Shown in pieces: positions 49,301-58,412 of a stretch of DNA of 64,000 nt. How positions within the stretch are numbered: the stretch's first letter is position 1; each line of letters opens with the position of its first letter. Made by a program: the position numbers and the translations under genes. Below the pieces are notes generated by a model, which saw only the letters and a list, made by a program, of their open reading frames with translations, searched no databases and was not told the DNA's origin. This stretch comes from Fimbriosthenelais zetlandica (Eukaryota): NCBI GenBank assembly GCA_977030845.1, contig OZ365114.1:25048001-25112000 (forward strand), written 5' to 3'.

Positions 49301-51914
49301 TTATTCTCTGTTGTATTATCAGTATTATTGAAGCATTCTCGCTCGAAACCTCATTGTCTGCAAAAACAGCAACTGAATAGTTACCTGCAGCAGGGTAACT
49401 ACAATCTACAGCATATGCCAGGCTTCCTGGGGGAATAATGTACGTATCAACCACTCCAGTCCCACCGTCATCACAGATAACTTCAATTGTCACATTCGAC
49501 CCTGACACAAAGGTGATATCTATGTTATTTGGGGCCGATACTTCTCCGACATTTCTGTCTCTATTAGTGGAAAGACTGAGGCCTTCAATTGGTAAACGAA
49601 TTTCAACTGCTGCCTCAGCTGTTATGTTGCTCACTCGGTTTGTGCAAGTTACAGTTGATGAGACATTTGCAGGTGTGTTGTCATAAATTTTCAGGAAATC
49701 GAACAGTGAAATGTCTCCAATGGTCACCAGGCCAGTTATAGGTGTTACTGATCCAGAAAGTGTGTCAATGAATCGCACCTCCTCTGACCCATCAGCGAAT
49801 GTCATGGTGCAATTTACAGAATCCAGAGGATCAGACGTAACTGTTACATCGACTATCAACTGAAGAGAGTATATAACTGATGGTAGGCTTACATTAGGGG
49901 CTAAGATCTGAAGTTCACTTATAGGAACAAGGACCTCGATTGGAATTAGAATCAAGAGGTTAGAAATAGTGTTATATCCAGTCACGTTAACTGTGTAGTT
50001 TCCTATGGTGCTGTAAGCTTTGGTGAAGTTAACATTCCCCTGAGATACATCGACATAAGGGAAATCTTTCTCCTCAGATATTGAATCATTATAGTCCACA
50101 AGGACAGTACTATTACTACCAGCGGTGGCAGTAACAATAAAGTCCTTCTCTATACCGACTGGCAAACAGTAATCAACAAGCAAATCAAGGATCTCTACAC
50201 TTAAACCGATGAGTGCGGTAACAACGTCAAGTACGAAGGTCAAGGCAGCGTTATTCTGTTTGCTAATATGATTGTAGCAGTGGATGGTGTAAGAATACAA
50301 GCCGATTACGTCAATAGTAAGGTTCAAAACATCTGTCTTGTCGGTGAAATTTGCTGGGGTTGTGACTATCTCTGTGATATTGTCCTTCCAGAGTGAGCAG
50401 TTCACATTGTTTGGTGATTCTACGGAGTCATCCACTGTCAGGGTAATCTCAACAATGCCTGGAATCGACAGAGGAGCGGCATCAGACTTATGGACAAGCA
50501 TAAATGAATGAATACGATAATAACGATATCATATATGTACTGGTAGATCAAAATGAATAGCAAAATTTGTCTGCTCGGATATCTATTAGCGTTTATAAAT
50601 TTGATGGATGGAATAAATGACCAGTCCTACCTGGTGGATAGGCGATACTGCTTGGAGCTTGAATTGTAAGCATTTGCACAAGATGCTCAATATGGGTGAT
50701 CATCATTATATTCCCTTGTGAGACTGAATTAACTGCAAACATTTCAGCTTCAAAGGAGCCTAAATCTGCATATCTGAAAGATTGATATTTATTCTCATGT
50801 TGGTGCTGCAAGTGTAACTATTTTTCATAAGTTCAATGCACTTAAGAGAGGATAGAGCTTAAAGAAGACATAGTTATGTAATACGGGCAGATATGAAGAG
50901 CCCATCTCAAGGATGTAACAAAGTAGTTCAATTTACACATGGCCAAAATGTTGAGCCTCATCGACAGTGTTGTAATAGTAACTGTCCATTAAACTATCGC
51001 CCCAGTCCATGTAGATGGTGAATCTCGTGCCGGAAGTGAGGTTGAATTTGATCCAGGATATAGACTCAAATTCTACACTTGGAAGCTCTGTGGCTGTCAC
51101 GTCTATCAAGGGTTCATCAACCTGCAATTAAAGGTATGTTGTCATCTATACTTGAGAACGAGTAATCATCATGTTATTGTTATCATCTGGGTTTAGTTAT
51201 GCTTACAAATATCGCACCAACGCTGTGTTTAGATGTCTGGTTGTTTGAAGCATACAACACAACATAGTACTCCCCAACTTCAGGGTATGATAAAGATGAT
51301 AGAGAAGCTTCAACTTCGCTAAAGTCATCCACATGGGTTTCCTGTAAATAATATGCGTAGATTATTCGCATTAATAACATTTAATGCAGAGGGTAATCTA
51401 TGATAATATATAGAATCTAAAGCGAGAATAATGTACATCAAATCGGACCTGCACTGTGTTGTTGTAAACGAACATTACAATTATGCAAGTACCGCTGCCT
51501 CCATTGATGACAAGATTAAAGGTTTCATCAGTGGCAACCGTCACATCCTGTATGGAAAAGTTTCCTATTGCAACTGTAAATTCAAAGAATGTCAAGAAAA
51601 CCATTTCTATCAGTTGGAATATAGGTATTATTGATTCAAGGCAAATTCATATGTTTGTTATGTTATACTTGTTTGTCATTAACGTATGTTAAGGATTACC
51701 TGGTGAGTCACTGGGACACTGCGTTGATACCATCCTCATCACTATAATAGAAATTTAAATGAAAATGAGATGTTTCTCCAAAAGATAACACCTGCGGCAT
51801 ATAATGTAAAGATACAAAAAAGTGAGCCAAACCATTTAAGGACCAAGGAACCAATGAAGCATACTAACCAGTCATGGGCCAAATAATGACCAAGATCTTC
51901 AAGAAAAGATACAT
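37351..51914 (-). CDS. Polycystin-1 family protein (PKD1-like / receptor-for-egg-jelly type): signal peptide, PKD repeats, REJ, GAIN/GPS-like, TM1, PLAT, polycystin channel region, C-terminal coiled coil; 39 exons, 3,333 aa
   Basis: Exons (high to low): 51914-51869, 51741-51700, 51573-51449, 51341-51207, 51121-50937, 50773-50631, 50458-46709, 46579-46366, 46270-46092, 45984-45808, 45719-45484, 45370-45185, 45075-44935, 44834-44738, 44574-44524, 44356-44253, 44126-44013, 43909-43787, 43695-43590, 43499-43288, 43171-42970, 42870-42722, 42625-42510, 42384-42252, 42124-41954, 41864-41704, 41610-40902, 40820-40703, 40581-40451, 40357-40244, 40150-39806, 39682-39463, 39229-39076, 38966-38836, 38738-38528, 38432-38310, 38142-38046, 37901-37793, 37592-37351. 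Total 10,002 nt with consistent phases. Motifs: MYLFLKILVIIWPMTV signal peptide; REJ WFCQREG..GGCF and CNVDP..C..WSD; LLIWARRAD (TM1); PLAT YTVTVITG..GTTSKV, IHIWHDNSG, WFLDKVII, FLCDQWLAV; HLWISIF..RSKFTRKERL; TOP domain LGTVRLRQVRIK, WVDKRTRAVF; YFEDPWN; pore LFATLLGKYDF; LMVNIFISLL. The first two exons are the least certain. Confidence 0.93.
39267..39359. repeat. Perfect 46-bp direct duplication (period 47) in a polycystin intron, each copy carrying an 18-bp hairpin
   Basis: ctaatagcctgtcatggtctggaccatgagctagacggtgggattt at 39267-39312 and 39314-39359. Internal inverted repeat tcatggtc-tg-gaccatga. Confidence 0.95.
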
Positions 51915-54305
51915 CTTCTTGTTTAAATGTCTGTCATAGACACATGCACACCCTGAGGAGTCTAAAAACTATAAGATCACCGCCTATCCTTGGTTTGAAC
52001 TAAAGATATTGTATATGTCCAATTCCTCTGAAGACCAATCATCCAATGAAATAATTTACAGACAGAATTGAAGAACTTAAACGGAGTGTGGTGTTAAATA
52101 TTAATTTAGAAGTTAAACTATCTATTGTGTAGCACTCCATGTTCATCCATGCATTTGATGTAATGCTATGTTATGCATTGCCAAGTCAATTAAAGCTCAT
52201 TTATTAATTACCACCTTCTGATAATGACGTTTTTGGCTGGTGCATTTTACTCACCTTGCATTTTCATTCAGTTTTAATTAGTTCCTCATAAAACGAATTG
52301 CACTCTTTTCAGAAGATGCTGGTATGTGCACAAGGAAGTTCCTACTTCCATTATAAACAATTAAGTGAGAAATAAGGAGAATATAAATATAAATATAAGA
52401 TAATAAATATATTATACAGAGAATTCCACCACCCGGAATACTCTAAAAATGTAATGTATGCATTATGCCAATTGACAGAAATAATCTTTCATTAAACATG
52501 AACGAGTTTATAATCAATTTCCTTCAGTAAATAAGTTTATCTAATCAATCCAATGATATACCTAATTCAGTCTGATATTATTGATCACATATCAACAAAA
52601 GAAGTGAAGAGGATCGAGTAGGTACTTTCATTTGTTTATTTACTCTTTCGCCCCAAGGGAGAAATTGATTGACAACTGGGATGATTCCTCGATAATGTCT
52701 GCTCTACATAGTAATGTAATGGTAGATAAGCATCGATGAATAAAATGATGTACAAACGCAAGTATTTATCTCATGTAGTTAATGTCTACTGAATGATCTG
52801 AGCTACACACAGCTCAGTCATGACTGTCATTCATAAAGGTCAGTGACCTGGAATCAACAAAGCGTGACGGGGCACTATCTGGGAGCATTTCTAGGTTTTA
52901 AAGCCATTTCTATGAACCTTATTAAAATATGTATCCTACTTTTTAAATTCATCCCTGCATTAATTTTAAATTGGGGCATATAACATTGACAACGGATTTA
53001 GGAAATGCGTCAAATGTAATGCCATCTATGGTTAAACATGACGGGGCGGGGGGGGGGGGATCTGGTGGGGTCCTATTTGGGCTCCCATTCAAAAGCTCTC
53101 GTATATCTTACAAAAGGTTATGTTTTCCCTTTCTAAATACAAAAGGAGAACGTGGGAACTCACTCCTTGCAATGGCCTATTTTCTTGTAAGGTATCTTTT
53201 CACTTGAAAGAAGCATGAAAAGAAAATTACACATTGACTTCGAGTGCCCCTAACAGGTGCTTTAACGATTCCCGTCCAATGCTTTAGGTGAGGTGAAGGT
53301 CCCATGTGGGAATCTATGTCAGGTAAACACAGGCTGTTTGATTGGGTGCCTGGCTGAATGTGAATGGTGAAATGTGGGTTACCTATAGACTATGTGTTGA
53401 GACGCCTTCACAGTTGGTTATCCTGTGTAGGAGTGCGAACACAGGCACAAAAACGGTTATAGGATTATGGACTTGTTATGTGATTGATTAGGCATATTGA
53501 ATTTTCCTCGGTTATTTAGAGGTTAGTACTGTTACACTAATTTATATTAGGACATTTATTTGGGGGCTCATTTTAATCGATTGCCTCGATCATTTTCTTA
53601 TAACACATATATATGTAAATGATAGATATTCCAATACTTCGAATAAAAAGTATATAAAAGTAAGGAAAGTAAAAGGTGGGCACCGGACTTAGTTTGAACA
53701 TTCCACACTAGTTTCACTTGAATGTACATGTATATATATATGTGTGCATCATGATTTAGGGCAGTCGTTTCGGGTGTGTGCATGCCATTGATAAAGTGAA
53801 TGCCAACCTGGGGTGACCCGAGACTGTTAACTGTTTACCTCTGTGAAAAATCCAAATTTCAGAAAAAAAATTCTTTTGTGTAGAGGCATGCTATTCCGTT
53901 ATACTCGTTGGATCATGAGCAACAAAACAGAATGCATATTAGGAAATGTTTGTTTGTCATATTCCATACACTAAAATCAATGGATGATGCTTTAATTCTG
54001 GAGACAAACATGTACACTCAGTATTAAAGTTTTAAAATGTTGAATAATATACAGTGTCCATTCAGTAACTCTGACAGTAGGTGACAGTCTACAATCTATA
54101 TCATGTGAATGACTTTACCTTCAAGAGCAGGACCAAAGGTGCCAAGTGGGATTACACGTAACTATATAGATTTTGATTGCATAACCTTACATGGGCCTGT
54201 CTGTGTAATGGCAGTGCGCAACCCATTATTTTTAACTCATTATATTCATTTCAGGTATTCCTTTTTCCTATAGAAATTGTTCAACATCATCAGTATTTAA
54301 CCGCC

Positions 54306-55957
54306 ATGGGTTCCCTGGGGAAACCAGATAAGAATGCTAATGTTGAGAATTCTGGAAGTGTGAGACTAGGCAGTTTACGAAGAGCCGCCAGCACGGTAAG
54401 TAACCCGATATCTATATAGTCTATAGTCCCCAGGTGTAGCATAGCCAAGACTCAACACATGCATACATTGATACTAATATACTATACCTTTCTTTGAACA
54501 GAGCACTACTACCTCAATCGGAACTCAGGCCTCAGAAACAACTGACGGGTGTATAGTGCTGGGCCAGGATGGTGGCAGAGGGAATAAGTATATAACACGT
54601 TTCCGTATCCGTCGTGATCTCCAACTGAAGTCTGTCACAGGTCACATCTGTAAAGAAGAATGTTTCCCGTGTATGGAGGCAGAGAACAGGGAGAGTTTTG
54701 GGGTTGGTTATAGTATTACACCACTGTTTACTTGACCAGTATACGCTTCATATCCGAGAATAGAAAATTGATTGTAGCATAGTTGCCTATATATAGCAAG
54801 TACCTAGTGTGCACAGCACGATTTAGGTAACGTTTATTAAGCACTGCATGCAGTGACAGGCCCCAAATATACAATTTTATATTTTGGGCCAGTCACTTTT
54901 GAGTCAGAACTGACCACTGCCAGCGCTGCCTTCATGTGGTCCCCCAAATGGTCACTAGCCAGTGACTACTGACCCTGGTAGAGCTGGCAGCGCCAAATAA
55001 GCGCCTGACGGCATTTATTAAACGTTGCGTGCACACTGGGTAGACCTCGCTCCCGTAGTATAATCTAACAATGTGTTGTTGTCACCTGGTATTTAGACGT
55101 TCCTGTGGACACTCGTAAACAGTGAACCATTGCTGTTGTTCCTTCATCTTTCCGCTGTCATTTTGGGAGCAGTCAAGGAAGGTCTTCAACTTAAAATTGT
55201 GGCTGAGGATTTACATATTACAGCTTCCACCATAGAGACTTATGTGGCTTTACAGGTATGAATGTCTTATAGCTCTAGAGTTATAGCTATAGCTCTGGCC
55301 TTTAGCATTGAGTTAACCTTACCATTTCCATGCATTACAACCATCTACATGTAAGCCTTTGAAGAATTAATAGGTAGTGATGTGACTATTTTATCGCGTT
55401 ATTGACATGGAAAATGCCTTCCTTCCTTTCAGATTTTGGTCACCCGTATAGTTGGTGCTTGGCAGGGACTAAAGTCACTGAATAAAACTAGGAAAACTGT
55501 TGAATACATCGACACTGGTGGGGAGATCAGTCACTCACCTCGTCTAAAGAATGCTGTCAAGGTCTTTACAGTCTTTGGAGTATTTTTATGCCTTGTGGCG
55601 ATGACAGCTTATGGCCTCTTTTTCTACTTTGATCATCTGACATGGACCATCCTCAGCAACAACTTCGTCATCATCATGATAACAGCAAGTTCAGGTCTTC
55701 TCATGGGCCGAATAGGTGCCGAGATGACAAGCATCAGTGAAGATCATCACAAAGCAGTGATATACGAATCCATGCTTCTCTTGACTGAGTGTGTATACTC
55801 CAATAAACGTGACCACATGGTGGCCAAAATTGACAGGTTCTGCAAGGCATTAAATGACACAACCAAGTTTGCAAAACCTGACTACATTGATATACCAAGT
55901 GACCAACGATTCCGTTCAAATCTCATGGCAAATCTCCAACTGCAAAGTTTTGTATGA
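54306..55957 (+). CDS. Uncharacterised multi-pass (~4 TM) membrane protein, 4 exons, 324 aa
   Basis: accgccATGG Kozak at 54306. Exons 54306-54395 (ACG|GTAAGT), 54502-54702 (GGG|GTTGGT), 55097-55255 (CAG|GTATGA), 55433-55957. All junctions are phase 0 with good acceptors and the frame is open throughout (975 nt). Hydrophobic segments: PLLLFLHLSAVILGAV, YVALQILVTRIVGAW, VFTVFGVFLCLVAMTAYGLFFYF, ILSNNFVIIMITASSGLLMG. No family recognised. Confidence 0.72.
54853..54896. repeat. 19-bp-arm hairpin in intron 2 of the orphan TM gene, possibly the core of a decayed MITE (~54808-55035)
   Basis: gtgacaggccccaaatata-caattt-tatattttgggccagtcac, 17/19 arm match. Flanking partial inverted matches tgtgcac...aacgtttattaa and ttattaaacgtt..gtgcaca. 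Confidence 0.6.
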
Positions 55958-56578
55958 AGTACCTCTCTATATTATGAACTATATAATACGGTAGATGCAT
56001 AATTATGACTGCATAGTGTACAGCATTGTAGATAGTCGCAATACATTGGTTATGGCTAAATTAGTATTTAAAAATATGAGGATGCAAAAAATAGAGTATT
56101 TTCTATGCCATTGGCATCGAAGAATTTTATTTTGAACCAACAATGACTACACAGCATATCAGCACTCATATCGAGGTCCTTGGCAACATCATCCAGCACA
56201 AATACTGATGATGTCATCACAAAAAAAACAACACATGGCCTATGTATTATAATAGTGGGCTTCTGTAGTAAATCGAACGGTACTGATGGCGCTAGTTTTG
56301 TATATATGTACCATATATACATAATAAATAACATTCTACATGATTCGATGAAAGAAGCTGTGTATCAAGGTCAGGACCGGTCGTTATAATCGGGCTGTCC
56401 TAAACCCAATCCGAGAAGTATTACCTGTTTTCACTGCACAGTCTTCGAACAACATGTGAAAAACTATTAACTATTTGTATACATGATGACAACAACATTT
56501 AAAAGAATAAAAAAAGATACACCAGATGTTTTAGAGCTTTTTGTATGAAGTTTTGGAAATATGAATATTATTAAGACA

Positions 56579-58412
56579 CAGGCCCGTACGCAGAGGGGGG
56601 TCTGGGGGGTCTGAAGACCCCCCCCTTCAGGCCAAAATTTAGAAAGGTCCACATTTTGCCGAATAGTGTAGGCTCATTTGGAATTTTAGTGTCTTTTTTT
56701 GTTAAAAGGAAATTTCAATTGATTCTGAAAGAAGATAGCATAAGGTTTAAAAAAAATGACGGTGCAATTTTTTCTTCACATTCCAAGTGTCCAAAATCCA
56801 ACATGGCGTCCAAAATGGCCATCGTTTAGCAATAATTCAATATCTTCGCTAATACACATAATATAATTACAAAGTATCTAAATATAGGTTTTCTGACACA
56901 AGGAACCCAATGAAATAATTAAATTTTGGCTACAGTTGTGATTTACATGCGTAATTACAAAATGGCTACCATTTTCACTAAATTGTACTTAATATTTAGA
57001 AACCAGTCCATACAGACAAATTAAGAGATATATATGGCCCTTCCAGCCCAAGAGGTCTGGCCATTTCTGCCCAATATTTACCTTCAAGCTCTAGCGCTTC
57101 CAGCTCAAGATCTGACGCTTTCAGCTCGAGGTCTGGTCAAGAACGAACCCTACCAGCTCGGGATAGGCCTATATACATGACCCTTCCAGCTCGAGATCTG
57201 ACCCTCCCAGCTCGAGTTTAGGCCATATCTTCCCAAGAGCTATCCCTTCCAGCTCAGGATCTGGTGCTTCAGCTGGAAGGGTCAGGTCTTGTAAAAAATG
57301 GCCAGACCTCGAGCTGATAGGGCTAAAACTTGGGCTGGAATGGCTAAATCTGGAGCTGGCAGGCCATTATTTTGAGCTGAAAGGGCTAGGTCTTGGCTAG
57401 CCTGCATAGCTGTCCCCACTCTGGTAGCGGGTGGGACCCGAGGCGAATATATTTTGTCTAGGTCTTGGCCTGAAATATCCAGGTCCTGAGTTCAAATTGT
57501 TGGCCATTAGTCAATAGGCTAGCCTTTATTAGTTTAAGACCTAGGGCCTATATTTGCCTCGGCCTACCCAGATGTCCCTCGACTTTTTCCTCAAATAGGC
57601 CTATAGCCTAGGCCTAAAATGGTCAGATCTGCCAATTCATAACCATTCTTGACAGCTTTACTGACATATTTAAAAAAAATTATAGCACCCCTTCCAGATA
57701 AAACAAACGCAGGCCTAGACCTTATTCAATTGAATAAAATAATGATTTACGAATATTGATGCAGCTATTGTAGGCCCTATGCCTAAAAGGAAGAATTCAC
57801 ATCCTGTATTCATGCCAAAGGATCCAGTGCTTAAAGGCCTAAAGGCCATCTGGATAGAGACTTGACCGGTTCTGTGTGTAGGCCTATTTACATCCAACAA
57901 CAAAAGTCAAGAAGAACAAATTTAAAATTGGCCTACACCAGAAATATCTCAAAGACTTTATGCCACTTTAAGTGCTTATTAAGTCAAGTCCTTAGGCCTA
58001 AGCTATTTTCACTAGGGGCTTCACATTTTCCACTTCGCCTCTTTAAGCCTCTCATTCAGGCCTCTTTGATTACCTAATTATAACAACCAGAAAAGACACA
58101 AAAATTAAATTTTGTTTTTCAATGAACAGTAGGTCAATGGAAATGCCTGGAAAATGCACTATTTCACTCCTAAATTTCAAAAATTTCCTCGGTGGGACAT
58201 TGTGGGATTTCTTGAGTCCACTTGAAAATTAGATGGCTACCGATGGACACATTAGATGGACAATATAGGCCATATATGCATAGGCCTATAGAGTCCCCCC
58301 ACACACACACACGTCAATCTGGACCCGCCCCTGACTGTGCATGTCTATGTTAAAAAGGTCCACATTTCCCCAAATAAGAACCCCCCCTTTGCAAATCCTG
58401 TGTACGGGCCTG
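56579..58412. mobile_element. Non-autonomous DNA transposon (MITE-like, probably composite)
   Basis: Terminal inverted repeats CAGGCCCGTACGCAG (56579) and the reverse complement of CAGGCCCGTACACAG (ending 58412), 14/15 identical, each followed internally by a G/C run. AAAGGTCCACATTT occurs near both ends. No long ORF. An internal CTGGACCCGCCCCTG (~58319-58333) looks like the end of another MITE. Flanks share agacac but give no perfect TSD. Confidence 0.7.
57037..57386. repeat. Foldback array of ~20-bp units (core CCTTCCAGCTC): about 8 direct then about 5 inverted copies
   Basis: Direct copies ccttccagccc, gcttccagctc, ctttcagctc, cctaccagctc, ccttccagctc, cctcccagctc and others switch near 57268 (cttcagctggaag) to gagctgatagg, gggctggaatgg, gagctggcagg, gagctgaaaggg. 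Confidence 0.7.

Noticed and set aside
45021-49686. Plus-strand ORFs overlapping polycystin exons (45021-45356, 46366-46617, 47110-47334, 49438-49686 etc.)
   Set aside because: Antisense shadows of real coding exons.
53043-53070. G-run (GGGGC followed by 12 G) as a functional G-quadruplex
   Set aside because: Similar G/C runs occur next to MITE ends in this window (56596, 58380), and homopolymer length is error-prone. Not supportable alone.
57037-57386. Regularly spaced short repeats as a CRISPR-like array
   Set aside because: Units are degenerate, switch orientation, lack unique constant-length spacers, and lie inside a eukaryotic TIR element with no cas genes.
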